Shown here piece by piece: positions 11,970 to 23,077 of a stretch of DNA of 64,000 nucleotides; within the stretch, counting starts at the first letter, position 1, and each line of letters starts with the position of its first letter. Origin of the DNA: Calditrichia bacterium. GTDB taxonomy: Bacteria > Calditrichota > Calditrichia > JAJRVZ01. Location: positions 672,001 to 736,000 of the forward strand of contig CAWCNS010000007.1 in NCBI GenBank assembly GCA_963796965.1, in the 5' to 3' direction. The position numbers and the translations under genes were made by a program. The notes under the pieces were generated by a model that was not told the DNA's origin, did no database searches, and saw nothing but the letters and a program-made list of their open reading frames with translations.

Positions 11970-14102
11970 TTATTCAACTTTAAATTGTCTCTGACTTCTG
12001 ACTTTTTCACCCACAACTTTTATTTCAGCAACAAGGTTGTATTTCCCCGGCCGTGAGGGAAATTTAAGGGGGAGCGACATGGTTACTTTTCCAAGAGGTT
12101 TAAGCGAACAATAATTAACATGCTCGCGGATGATATTTTTTCCTTCCTCAATATAGAGCAACAATTCTCCCTGCCATTCATCGGATAAATCATTGATCAT
12201 GGTAACTTTTATGTCTTCATTCCGTCCAGGTTCTATTTTTTCCTCCCAGAAATCTATCATGACCCCTACAGGTGAGAATGCATCACGTACATATTTTTCA
12301 AAATGGGGTTCAAAGGTGAGTTTTTCCAAATCTATAAAATGATCGCTGGTTGCGCCACCTTCTGGTCGTGGCAATTCACCTGAACGGGCGTAGCCCAAAC
12401 CACAGAAATGAAGCACACCAGCATAATGCCGGCTTGATCGCCAAAACTCAGTCAGGGCTGCCAGGTAACGACCATATAAGGAGAACCTCTCTTGCGTTGT
12501 TGATTTGGGTCCAAAGTAATTATTATACCAGTTTTTTGTAAGGGTGGTGGTCGAACCATCACGATTTAGCCATAACCAGGCATACTCATTTATAAGAACT
12601 GGTATTTTATACCTGGTTTCGTTTGTATGAGCAGGCGGGATTGATGAAACTCCGCGAATTTTTTCAATTTGAAAAAAGTCTTTTCCGCTTTGAAATCCCC
12701 TGATGAAGAGATATGGATGTGATTCCATAACATCGTTGGCACTCTGGGGCGTTTCCCAACCATTCTCCCAGGGACGGTTAGAAAAGTCAAGATGACGCAC
12801 AGTCTGTATAGCCCTGCCCGTTTCTTTTGTACGACTCTCATTCTGTCCATCCCAAATTACCACTGAGGGATGATTCCACCTTTCACGCATCCAGGCTTGA
12901 TATTCCTCTTGTATAAAAGGACTTAGGGGATTTTCCGGTGCCTTGCTTAAAAGCCAGATTGGGAATTCATCCTGAATAAGAAAACCAACTTTATCTGCTA
13001 TACCATACCATTTTTCAGGTGGAAAACCAATACAATACCGGATAGAATTCCAATGCATGGTTTTGAATTTTTCATGTAATCGCTGTACCCATTCTGTCCG
13101 CCAGGGCCGATCTTTACGCAAAGAATCTTCAAAAAACCGATAGATACAGACATTGGTCCCTCTCATCATATAAGGCTTACCATTCAGAAGAGCCTTGCCT
13201 GTTTGCCTGTCAAATCGAAAACTACGCATCCCAAAAGGGATCTTTAAAGCATCAGATCCATTATTGACACTTATTTCATATAAGAAAGGATCTTCGGGTG
13301 ACCAGAGCCGGCAGTCTTCGACAGCAATGTTTTTACTTATTATTTGCTTTTGCCCTTTTTCCAACTTGATAATCGCGGAGGAATCAATTCCACTCATAAC
13401 ACTGGATAATTTTTCTTTAGTAGTGAAGGATAATTTACCTTCCCATGCATCAATCGTTGCTTCCAATTCAGTAATCACCTGAATAGATTTACTTTCTACC
13501 TGTGGAACGATCTGGACATTAACTATCCGGGGAGAACCACTGAGGATTAACTCCACATGATCATAAATACCAGGAATATATAAATACTTCTCAAAATCCC
13601 ATCCTGAAGGACGGCCTTCTGGTATTGACTCCCGGTTAGCTCCAACACGTATAATAATTTCATTATCTTCACCCCCATCAGTAAGAAATTTCCTGATATC
13701 AAAGTATCCTGGTGTGAAGCAGGGCCAATGTTCCGCAACAAACTGACCATTTACATAGAGTTGTGTGCCGTATTTGGCCTTATGTATTTTTAAGATTGCA
13801 ACATCTGAGACTGGCTGTTCTATAACAAATGTTTTTCGATACCAGAATGCTCCCCGTAGGTCACTTATTAATCCAACATCTTTAAAAGCCGGTTTCGCCA
13901 TGTCCATCAGACCTGGAACCGGAACAACATGGTCAAATGATTCCGGGATCTCATCCAGACTTCCCTGCGCAACTTGCCATTCCCCATCAAGATCGACAAC
14001 TTTTCTGGGGTGAATAGGTGATGAGGAACTAAGGACCTGATTAATAATAATTAGGGACAGAATCAGAAGAGATTGAATAAATTTATTTATCATTCGTAAC
14101 AT
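11970..14102 (-). CDS. Glycoside hydrolase family 2
   Basis: Signal peptide, LDGEW, WYRKTF, LWSPEDPFLY, FGMR, LNGKP..MRG.N, NHPSVVIW..QNE and INEY. Confidence 0.88.
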   Translation of the reverse strand: MLRMINKFIQSLLILSLIIINQVLSSSSPIHPRKVVDLDGEWQVAQGSLDEIPESFDHVVPVPGLMDMAKPAFKDVGLISDLRGAFWYRKTFVIEQPVSDVAILKIHKAKYGTQLYVNGQFVAEHWPCFTPGYFDIRKFLTDGGEDNEIIIRVGANRESIPEGRPSGWDFEKYLYIPGIYDHVELILSGSPRIVNVQIVPQVESKSIQVITELEATIDAWEGKLSFTTKEKLSSVMSGIDSSAIIKLEKGQKQIISKNIAVEDCRLWSPEDPFLYEISVNNGSDALKIPFGMRSFRFDRQTGKALLNGKPYMMRGTNVCIYRFFEDSLRKDRPWRTEWVQRLHEKFKTMHWNSIRYCIGFPPEKWYGIADKVGFLIQDEFPIWLLSKAPENPLSPFIQEEYQAWMRERWNHPSVVIWDGQNESRTKETGRAIQTVRHLDFSNRPWENGWETPQSANDVMESHPYLFIRGFQSGKDFFQIEKIRGVSSIPPAHTNETRYKIPVLINEYAWLWLNRDGSTTTLTKNWYNNYFGPKSTTQERFSLYGRYLAALTEFWRSSRHYAGVLHFCGLGYARSGELPRPEGGATSDHFIDLEKLTFEPHFEKYVRDAFSPVGVMIDFWEEKIEPGRNEDIKVTMINDLSDEWQGELLLYIEEGKNIIREHVNYCSLKPLGKVTMSLPLKFPSRPGKYNLVAEIKVVGEKVRSQRQFKVE

Positions 14103-14123
14103 CCTAATATTATTTTATGTTTC

Positions 14124-15149
14124 CTACCATTCATAAGTCCAAACATAGGTCGTATACTCAGTTTGGGGCGGATCATGAAAAATTTTATCACCAATCTTCT
14201 CGCCACAGCGGTTGGTTAATCGTATGCCATCCTGGAAGAACACCGGATCATCCTCATGCAAACGATAGGCAGAAAATTCATGCTTTTCTTTATCGAAGTG
14301 GGTCAACCCGGCAAGCATATTATGATATCTGCCCTTATTAAAATAATAAGTACCAAGAAAATAATCTTCTAATCCGGAGGAGAGAAAAAGAGGTTCAGAG
14401 TCCCCATCAATATAGGCGCGCACACAACTTTCCATAAAACTAAGATCCTTCCAATGCCCTGTATCTCTCAATCCTTTAGCCTGCATGGTCACTTGATAAA
14501 GCATCCCCGCGTTACCTGTTTCACAAATATTAAACTCTTCCAATGGCTCAGCGGTATAATTTTCCAACTTATGCAATTTAAGTCGTGCCGATTCAGGCAA
14601 TTGTATTCCGGAAAATTCAATTGGCAGATTTTCCGTACCCCTGACAATCCACCAAAAATGAGGAGATTCATCCGTTTCCGGATCTAGTTGTGCCGTGATT
14701 CTGATGCTCTTGCCAAAAGGGATTTTATAGGTATTATAAATACCGCTATCACCGCCAATATTACCCATTCGTTGCGTACCCCAGGGCGCAAATTTATCCC
14801 CAAATCCTATCCCATGGCCGAGAAATAATTGCATTTGGATGGACGCCTCTTTTTCACCATCGACATAGATACGAATGCACGTGTATGCAACATTCTTAAA
14901 ACTCCCTCCAAACCACATATGTGTCAAACATCCCTTACCGTTATATTTAAACAATTCTGCTTCTTCATCATTTTTTAAAATTCTCAGTTCTTTTCCCATG
15001 GTACCAAATGTCTTCAAAGAACTAATCGGATCTTTGCTATTTTGGATGGGCAATTGACCATCACCGCCTAAAACCGAAGATATAATCATCCCTATCATCA
15101 CCCCAATTAATAGTTGGTACATGCTATTATTTTCTCTTATTGAAATCAC
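14124..15149 (-). CDS. DUF2961 / GH172-like protein
   Basis: G.G.LTHMWF, IRIYVDGE..ASI, IPF.KSIRIT, E...RAYIDG, SSGLEDYF and YRLH..DPVFF. Confidence 0.8.
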   Translation of the reverse strand: MISIRENNSMYQLLIGVMIGMIISSVLGGDGQLPIQNSKDPISSLKTFGTMGKELRILKNDEEAELFKYNGKGCLTHMWFGGSFKNVAYTCIRIYVDGEKEASIQMQLFLGHGIGFGDKFAPWGTQRMGNIGGDSGIYNTYKIPFGKSIRITAQLDPETDESPHFWWIVRGTENLPIEFSGIQLPESARLKLHKLENYTAEPLEEFNICETGNAGMLYQVTMQAKGLRDTGHWKDLSFMESCVRAYIDGDSEPLFLSSGLEDYFLGTYYFNKGRYHNMLAGLTHFDKEKHEFSAYRLHEDDPVFFQDGIRLTNRCGEKIGDKIFHDPPQTEYTTYVWTYEW

Positions 15150-15549
15150 AATGTAACCTCGCCGGTTTTTAAGAAAAAATGATTAGTTTTTTGTAATCTA
15201 ATTCGAATGGGATTTGTCTTCCGCCCCTGGTAAATCCGGGAAGATTTAATGGCGACATTTTGCAAAAATGTTCACTATATGCGTTTTACAGGCATATCCT
15301 GGGAATATGTACATTGTTCGTTTCTGTCAGCAGGTATCATTGTCGGTTGAACAAAGACACCTAAGAACGGGGAATGGATCATTTAGGATATTCCTACTTG
15401 TTTTCATGAACCACGACAACAACTGAGGCGTTTACCAATCGGTTGACTATAACGATATTTTTCTCTAATCCTTGCCAAAATTTACTAAACGCTGAAATTA
15501 CTATTTACTCGTTCCATCTGTCTCATACCTTTCTCTAGGTTTCTAAATA

Positions 15550-16155
15550 CTAAGGTTTTACAGATGGCCAGATATTTTTGCTTATCTCTAAATATCTGAA
15601 ATTGCATCGAAATCCTTTTCCTGATGGACTACAGGCATAGAACCCCATATCAACGCTTTCTCTATATTCATGCAGGTGTGCAATTCGCAACTGTATCCAC
15701 TGCTTACCATCCAGAGAATATTCAATCAGGAAATCCTCACTTTCTTTACTCATGCGATAATGCATTGATTTCACATCGGAAGATATATCCTGGGTAGCCC
15801 AGTCAGAAAAGCCAAGATTTGTCACAACGGAACCTAATCGGCTGATCTTATTATTCTCCAATTCGACAGAACACTTTATCCAGTTATTTCGATTTAATCT
15901 GGCAAACAAGCCACATTGATCATATTGTGCGGTTGGCTCAAAATCGACCTGGGTTTTTATAGAAAAATCTTCGGTCATTTTTGTGAGAAGACAATGTCCA
16001 TTATCCCGTCGAAAACCATAATGAGTTCCCTGCCAAAAATCCGTATCCGGTTTAGTAACGATATTAAGGCCATTCTCAAAATAGAACTCTTTTGGTTCAT
16101 TAAACCAAAAAAAATGATCAGGAATCCTCTCCTCTTTAAAATCATATACAGCCAT
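15550..16155 (-). CDS. DUF1349 domain protein (concanavalin-like fold)
   Basis: TDFWQ.THYGF.RDNG, YDQCG, WIKCS.E, GSVVT..G.SDW and YACSP. Confidence 0.85.
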   Translation of the reverse strand: MAVYDFKEERIPDHFFWFNEPKEFYFENGLNIVTKPDTDFWQGTHYGFRRDNGHCLLTKMTEDFSIKTQVDFEPTAQYDQCGLFARLNRNNWIKCSVELENNKISRLGSVVTNLGFSDWATQDISSDVKSMHYRMSKESEDFLIEYSLDGKQWIQLRIAHLHEYRESVDMGFYACSPSGKGFRCNFRYLEISKNIWPSVKP

Positions 16156-16292
16156 TCTCAGATCTCCATTCTATTCTATCTGGGGTTATCCAATAGGCAC
16201 CAAATTTATAGTGTCCAGAATTTTTTTATTTGACACGATTTACAATAGGTAATATAATAATAAAAGAAATAACAAATTCTTAAAAATACAGA

Positions 16293-16379
16293 CTTCGTGC
16301 TCTTCATACATTCTTAGTAATACTTCGTGAAATATTCTATCTCATGAAGAGCCAAAAAGAAATAGCGAAATCTTCGAAG
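16293..16379. repeat. Family A repeat pair
   Basis: CTTCGTGCTCTTCATAC..CTTAGTAATACTTCGTGA with inverted partner TCATGAAG..GCGAAATCTTCGAAG. Confidence 0.5.
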
Positions 16380-16448
16380 TATTTTTTATTTAAATTAAGT
16401 AATCCTTTTCAGAGTGGCGAGAAGAAAAGTGAATGCACTCATAATAAT

Positions 16449-18485
16449 CTATTCTTCGACCCATGATGATTCCGTCACCGGAAACATGGAAACCCGGAAC
16501 TTAGTGATATTATACGGTACAAGGTTGATAACCGTTCTTTGACCACCCTGTACAGGTGCGGCCGGCAGCGGTTGCGGATCTGTTGGTTTCCAGCTGAATT
16601 TCACAGCCGGTACACTTAATTCTACCGGAGGATATTCTAATTGCCAGGACCATGGATCCGATCTCTTATTTTTCGTTACCTTTATACCTTCCTGAGGATT
16701 TTCAGGATCTACATCTAATGCATAATTTAAAGGTACCGTTTTTTTGACTTGATTCGCGCCGTTATCAGGAATTGGCAAAGCCATCAGCAGCGGTCCATAG
16801 TATATACTTGTGTAAGGATTGTTAATTTTCTTATTTGTCTTAGCTAACCGCCTTACTTTTTTAGACTTTTTAAAATATTTTATATCAGCATAATTCGTTG
16901 TTCTTCCCTGTCTTATGGTAACCGTCATAGGAAGTTCAAGTTCAATCCTATCGCCTGTTTTCCATGTACGATCAATCGTTAAAAAACCATTTTTTGCTGG
17001 TTCCATTATAAAGAGTTTACCATTAACTCGTATTGAAGGGTTTGGACACCAGGCTGGTAGTCTCAACATAAGGGGAAAAGTAACTTCTCCGTCAATACGA
17101 ATCATCATTTTAATAATTTCATTAAATGGATAATCGGTTTCAGATTGTATCTCTACCGATGTGTTGTTTATCTCAGTATTTAAGACTGAAGGACCATAAA
17201 GTAGAGCGACCAGACCGTTTTCCTTCGTTTTCATCCACATATGCATAATATAATTGGGAATGATGCGGTTAGAATTGCCAACACAACAAAGTACATCATG
17301 ACCAATATCTCTATAGGCATAGGAATCCATATGTACGCCCGGATGGTGGGGTCTGTCTTTGGGAGAGGTCATGTTAATACGATTAGCACATTGATAATAA
17401 CTCATGGTTTGAAAATCTCTGCTGACAGGAACTGGTCCGGCATTAAAAAATATTTTTTCTATGCGGTCGGCATATTCCCTTTTTCCCGTGATCCGCGTCA
17501 ACCAATTTAATGTCCAGGCTCCAGCGGCGACATTACAGGTTTCTATATTTCGGGTTGGTCCGATACCAGCTAAATATTCTTCGCCGGATACTAATCCCTG
17601 GGGGAGCAGGTGATCATTTTCCGCCCACTTTAGCGCTGCGATTGTCGCATTTAGATGGTCTTTTCGCCCACTTAAAAGCGAGCCAATAGCGGGTACACGA
17701 ATGTTTTCATAATAAATGACAGTATGACCAACAAAGAGACTGTCCTGGTTCCATCTTTCTACGACATTATTGAAATCCTTACGATTTGTAAAACCTTGGG
17801 CGGTCTCCTTAAGCTTTTTATTACCACTAAGGAAGTAGGTATCCATTATGGGATCAATATTCACACTACCATTCACATCATAAAAATTGGAATTCATCTC
17901 GGGCAGCGGATAGTTCTCATATACTTTTTCTAATGCAGCCAGGATGCGGGGCTCTTTGCTAGCCGTGTAATAAGCAACCATTGCCCGCCCCATATGGGAA
18001 TGGGCCCAATTATCAAAGGTGCTCTCTAATTGTGTGATGTTGCGCCAATAAATAAAAGAGGGCCCTCCATTGAGGACACCATCGACAATCGGATCCAGCC
18101 GTGATTTAGCCTTTGTTATTAAATAGTCATCATCAAGAATATAGGCCAGACGTACGAGACCATCCAACCAGTACGCACTTTGCTCCAGAGGCCAGTTGGT
18201 TCCTTCCTCTTTTGCTCCGCGAGCTTCGTAAGACTCTCCGGACCACCCCTTTTCAAAGGTCGTCGTTCTTTCATCAAGATGCCCCGTAATACCTTCTGCC
18301 GCTGTTTTGGCCCAATCCAGCAGCCAGCCATTCGGTTTTACAGCCCCTGGACCAAGGGGATAAAATTCCGGAGAAATTGCGATATCGAACTGAGTACTAA
18401 CCTCTCCCTTATCACAACCATAATATAGACCAGTTGTCAATAATACTGCAAAAACACAAAGGCCCCATTTTACTGGTATTTTCAT
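16449..18485 (-). CDS. GH127/GH146 beta-L-arabinofuranosidase-like lipoprotein
   Basis: ETC, YADRIEKIFFNA, CCVGN, TDYPF, LRLPAW and RTW..GD.IELELPM. Confidence 0.88.
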   Translation of the reverse strand: MKIPVKWGLCVFAVLLTTGLYYGCDKGEVSTQFDIAISPEFYPLGPGAVKPNGWLLDWAKTAAEGITGHLDERTTTFEKGWSGESYEARGAKEEGTNWPLEQSAYWLDGLVRLAYILDDDYLITKAKSRLDPIVDGVLNGGPSFIYWRNITQLESTFDNWAHSHMGRAMVAYYTASKEPRILAALEKVYENYPLPEMNSNFYDVNGSVNIDPIMDTYFLSGNKKLKETAQGFTNRKDFNNVVERWNQDSLFVGHTVIYYENIRVPAIGSLLSGRKDHLNATIAALKWAENDHLLPQGLVSGEEYLAGIGPTRNIETCNVAAGAWTLNWLTRITGKREYADRIEKIFFNAGPVPVSRDFQTMSYYQCANRINMTSPKDRPHHPGVHMDSYAYRDIGHDVLCCVGNSNRIIPNYIMHMWMKTKENGLVALLYGPSVLNTEINNTSVEIQSETDYPFNEIIKMMIRIDGEVTFPLMLRLPAWCPNPSIRVNGKLFIMEPAKNGFLTIDRTWKTGDRIELELPMTVTIRQGRTTNYADIKYFKKSKKVRRLAKTNKKINNPYTSIYYGPLLMALPIPDNGANQVKKTVPLNYALDVDPENPQEGIKVTKNKRSDPWSWQLEYPPVELSVPAVKFSWKPTDPQPLPAAPVQGGQRTVINLVPYNITKFRVSMFPVTESSWVEE

Positions 18486-18934
18486 GGATTAAACATCTCC
18501 ATCGCAATTTATTGGATTTCTGAAAAAATCTACCATACCGTAATCTTAAAGAAGTAAGTTATTTAATTGAACAATTAGGTTCAATAGAATAAAAAAAAGG
18601 GAGGTCAAAGACCTACGCCTTGGTCTCGACGCAATTAAGAGGTAGTGTGAAAATAAAAAATCAACCACGGAATTTCACAGAATAGCACGGATCTATTAAC
18701 TTTGAGTTGAGAAATGAGTATAATTGTTATAATATTTCAAATCTTTTATATAAACTCCCTGAATATCCGGCCTGTCCCGTTTCACGGGGGGATTTCCGTA
18801 GTGAAAATGCTTTTTACACCGTCTTTTAATCGCATCGTTACAATTTACAATAAAAGTAGTATAAATTTCCCAAATGACAGGTGCTGATCTTTCTTCAAAG
18901 GTATTTCTCTGCAAGTACCATCAGCCTGCCTAAG

Positions 18935-19652
18935 TTATTCAATCCAGGTAAGATATGATTCAACGAGATCCCATCTATCCCCATTACGCTTGTAATTCGC
19001 TTCTCCGCCCTCAAAAACAATTCTAAAGTGCACTGAAGCTGAATCCAGATCTGAGTTAAGATAAATTGTATCTACTGCCGGATGGGTCAGATAGTGCCAG
19101 CCAAACCAATGACCAGGCATTATTCTCAAGTGCTTATTTAAAAACTCGTACCGTTCCTGAATATCGTCCGGATGTTTATCGCGATCCAGGAATGTATCCA
19201 GTTCATCACGGTATTTATCTGACAAATAGAGAGATAATTGATTGAATTTTAAATGCGGATGAAATATTGTTTCTTTTAGATTCTTTATATAATCCGTAGT
19301 AAAGGTGAAGTTAATCCTGGATTGAACAATAAAATAATTCAGATTTTGATAGATACCGGGTCCAAATTCCGGACATCGACCCGTTGTACAATAACAATTC
19401 AGGTCAAGTGGATTATAAAAGGCTATCATAGATTTCATAAACTGCTTTTAGTGTATCAGAAAGTTGCTCAAATTCATCTGCCGAAATGGGGTTACTTCTG
19501 GAATGCCATTTGAGCAGATAAGCAGTAAAATTTTCTTCTGAACCTGATTGATAAATCTCTTCCAAATTGTAAACAGCATTTGATGCATCCGTTGATGATT
19601 TACAAGATGATAGAATAAGAATGATTAAGAGAAGACCCAGATATTGTTTCAT
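18935..19652 (-). CDS. Hypothetical lipoprotein, frameshift near 19420
   Basis: Lipobox LSSC in ORF 19413..19652, continuing in the overlapping ORF 18935..19438. Confidence 0.6.
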
Positions 19653-19735
19653 TTTTATTAGATCTGTAGTAAAAAACCGATACTTAAATTAACTCTTTTG
19701 ACATCAAAACTTGATGTTGAACTGGGGTAGGCAAT

Positions 19736-20838
19736 TCACGAAAATGATGGTAGTGGGGAAATTAATGAGGACGTATAGTAATAATCACCATAGAGTGACC
19801 AGGTAGAAGCGGCATAAATGGAGAAATCTGTAAACTGAATCCCGGCTCCCAGACCTACCTGATGGTAGGCGAGTGTATTTTCACCGTTGTCAGAGATACG
19901 CTCGTTAAATTTCTGTGGAAAAAGGATCGTTTCATACATTATATAGACAGGTAACGATTTCTCATCCCAAACAAATTTATATCCTATACCAGCTGAGAGT
20001 AAGGATAATGCTGATTCATAGGCCTCCAACCATTGATATCCATAGCCTAACCCCATAGTCAAGTTATCATTTAGGTGATAGCCAAGACCCGCTTGTACTG
20101 ATGCTGAATATTCCTGCACCCTATCATACGACATTGTGGATTCGTTTTCTGCTTCCAATTTTGCGGGAAAATAAAACACCAGACCTAAAGACAAGGATTC
20201 GCTGGGATCATTTTGAATTCCGACATAAAACATATGGGTTGTGTAATTAGACTCATTTGACGAACAATCGACAGTAGGAACTTCAACGGAAATCTGCTGG
20301 TATTTCTGTATAATATGTGTCCAACCAAGACCGATTCTTAATTTTGATGATGGTTGAAGACCTAATCCCAAACTTGCCATGTGCATTTGAGCACTAAATC
20401 TATCAGACACGTCAGAATTGCCCAATTCATAATAATAGGGATTATTGCCCTTATAGGATGCCCCCAGGACTATGGGTATATTTTCAATCCGAAACGGTAT
20501 CGACAAGGCGAATAAATTTATATAAAATTCATTACTCTGCTGTTTAGGGACCTCAACAAATTCAAATGATGAGTGATTTATATAATTTCTGCCATAGTTC
20601 AAACTAATAAAGGCTTAAACTGCGAAAGTTGCGCAATGTTTGCGGGATTTTTAAATATATCAGGTATTGAGTCCGCCAGGGCGACCGAGGCCCCACCTAA
20701 CGTTTGTCCGATTGGAGTATAAGGATTGATATGTGGATTCATGATAATTTGGTTTGCCGGTCCATGGCTCAAGCAGTTATCAAATAGTAAGAAAGTGAAT
20801 AATATAACTATAATCCCCGACAGCCATAATTTTTGCAT
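19736..20838 (-). CDS. Outer-membrane beta-barrel protein (FadL/PorV-like), frameshift near 20605
   Basis: Signal peptide, LGGASVALAD....F.NPA motif and alternating beta-strand patterns (SLGLGLQ, AGLGYHL, GLGAGIQF). Confidence 0.65.
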
Positions 20839-20847
20839 TAAAACTCC

Positions 20848-21654
20848 TTATGCTTCTTGCACTGTCTCGAGGGAGAGGATAGAATTTACGATACGTACAT
20901 TTTCTTCGACCATATCATCCTTATCGCCACGATACATCCCCACATTAACCACATCGGTTTCTTTAATGCTCTCAAAGGCATACTCGAAGGCCATGCGTGC
21001 CTCTATTCTTCCTGAACCCATTATTTTATAACCAATACAAGGCTTTTTAATCGTCTGAATAGCCTGCACCGCAGAAGCCATATCAGCCAGTCGGAATATA
21101 TCACCCTTCCCTTCATGAATACTTTCGCAATGAAAAAAGCAAACCATATGAAAATCCACAAGATCAAGCTCATTTACCCATAAATGAGCCAGGGGATTAT
21201 GCCCGGCCACACCAACCGGTATTCCTAATGATCGTCCATATTCACACCAGGCTCGAACTGTTGACTCATCATTTTCAGCATAGGCCTTATCTGTCAAAGA
21301 ACCATGTAGAAATAAGGCTTTGCAGCCAAGATCCACCACCTCATTTGTTGATCCAATTATATCGGTTTTTTCCCGGCAGTTTACCTGGGCGATCCATTGC
21401 AGGGCCCCTCCATCAGCAAAATATTCTGAGAGAGTTTCTAGTATGCCAGGGGATTCATTATTCGTTACCATCGCATTGATACCTGCTGCCTCAGCACGGA
21501 ACCAGGTTTCTTTGATCCTGTCCCTGGTATAATAAGCCAGCATTTCCTCATTGCGTTCCAGGGTTTGATGACTGCCGCCAATAAAGGGATTGGCACCAAT
21601 AACCAGGCGGGTTATATTTAAGCCACAAAAATCTACTTTGGGTAATTGAGTCAT
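20848..21654 (-). CDS. Aldo/keto-reductase-like TIM-barrel hypothetical protein
   Basis: LPKVDF.GL.ITRLVIG.NP, GVAGH and KPCIGYKIMGSGR. Confidence 0.6.
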   Translation of the reverse strand: MTQLPKVDFCGLNITRLVIGANPFIGGSHQTLERNEEMLAYYTRDRIKETWFRAEAAGINAMVTNNESPGILETLSEYFADGGALQWIAQVNCREKTDIIGSTNEVVDLGCKALFLHGSLTDKAYAENDESTVRAWCEYGRSLGIPVGVAGHNPLAHLWVNELDLVDFHMVCFFHCESIHEGKGDIFRLADMASAVQAIQTIKKPCIGYKIMGSGRIEARMAFEYAFESIKETDVVNVGMYRGDKDDMVEENVRIVNSILSLETVQEA

Positions 21655-21784
21655 ATGTTTCTTTCAAATTTTCATAAATGTTATGGTAATATTTATCTCT
21701 CGCAGCGCCGCTACGCCGCAACGCTTAATATATTATTATATATTATTTGTTTTCTCTGTGTTCTGTTATGTTAAGTGTCAAGTT

Positions 21785-22008
21785 ATTTTTGTTCTTTGAA
21801 AATTATGTCATCATTTAATCCTGGTTTAGGTATAGCCTTGGAATCGTAACTTTCTGTAATACGTGGCATCCCTCTGGGATCACACTCATAGGTTTTTCGT
21901 GTTTTTCTCTCGAGTCTCTTTCTCTGTTCGAATTTTAATTCTTACGCAGACCGAGGCGTCTCAAAAGAAAACGTTCCAGATTTCAAAGATACACCTGATT
22001 ATTTGTCA
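21785..22008 (-). ncRNA. Putative bridge/seek RNA of the IS1111-type element
   Basis: Non-coding region downstream of the recombinase, closed by a 9-bp stem TCTTTGAAA/TTTCAAAGA (21981-21989 with 21793-21801). It contains ACAGAGAA (21920-21927), matching the target across the core. The position is typical of IS1111 guide RNAs. Boundaries are approximate. Confidence 0.6.
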
Positions 22009-23077
22009 TCAATATTGGATATAGTTTCTTTCATCTTTTAATACACGATAAATAATTTGAGTTAATTTCCGTGCTACAGCCGTAATTGCTATCCGGGAAG
22101 CTACCTTTGGGTTATTTTTGTTTTTAATTCTATCGAAGAACTGTTTTAATTTTGTATCCTTTCTTATGGCAACCCATGCTGCCTCTACCATTAAGTAGCG
22201 AAGTGTTTTATCTCCCAGGTGGGTGATAGGTCCTCTGTTTATATCATCCCCGGTTGAATTCTCTTTTGGTGTAAGGCCGATAAAAGCGGCTAATTCTCTG
22301 GGATTTTGTAAACCCTTAGGATCACCAATTTTACCAAGAAGCATTGAAGCAATAGTAAATCCAATACCGGGAATCGACTGCAGGTAGTTTATATATAGAT
22401 TTATCTGATCATTTTCGCGACAGAATGATTTGAGTGTGCGATGAACAGATAGCAGTTTCTTACGTGAATACTCAAGATCTTCTATGAGCATATCCAGTCT
22501 CTGACGGACGGCAAACGAACAGTCAATGTTTTTGAGTTCTATTAATGTAATTAGCGGACCAACTTGCATCAGGATCTTTGAGAAGAGGATAAAGGTTATG
22601 ATATAACAGCAATGCTTTGATCCGTTGCCTGGCGGTCTTACGATCTCTGGTGTAGTTATTACATATCTTGACCAAGTCGCGTAATTCGCGATAATCGCCT
22701 TGAGGTACTCGAATCGGTTTTAGATTACCAGACATAAGATGATCTGCGATCTTGATTGAATCAATACGGTTGTTTTTTACTTTCTGATTTCGTGCAGTGG
22801 GAATAGAAGCGGGAGCCGTTATTAAACATGTGATATTCTGCTTTGAAAGATAGTCATAAAGATGAAATCCAGTTGGCCCGGCTTCATAAGCACATATAAC
22901 TTTTTTATGATCAAAATGATTATTTATATAATTATACAAATGTTCAGGATTAGATGGCATTTTTTTTGACTTTTTTGATTGTAACTTATCTTTAACAGTA
23001 AAAGAATAACTACTCTTGTCAACATCGAGACCGACAAAGGTCTCATAATCTTTGAGGTGATATGATAAATGTGTCAT
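22009..23077 (-). CDS. IS110-family transposase/recombinase, one frameshift near 22540
   Basis: RuvC-like N-domain VGLDVDK...YEAGPTG...KNNRIDS. C-domain LQSIPGIG...LAAFIGLTP.ENSTG...LRYLMVEAA...AVARKL. Confidence 0.93.

Noticed and set aside
15170..15545. Unassigned 370-bp spacer as a gene remnant or ncRNA
   Set aside because: No recognisable motif, ORF or convincing structure.
18878..18930. Riboswitch-like hairpin (GCTGAT...ATCAGC)
   Set aside because: It does not match any riboswitch consensus I recognise and lies directly after a stop codon.
22523..22569. Programmed frameshift in the IS110 transposase
   Set aside because: There is no clear slippery site, IS110 recombinases are single ORFs, and similar indels occur throughout the window.
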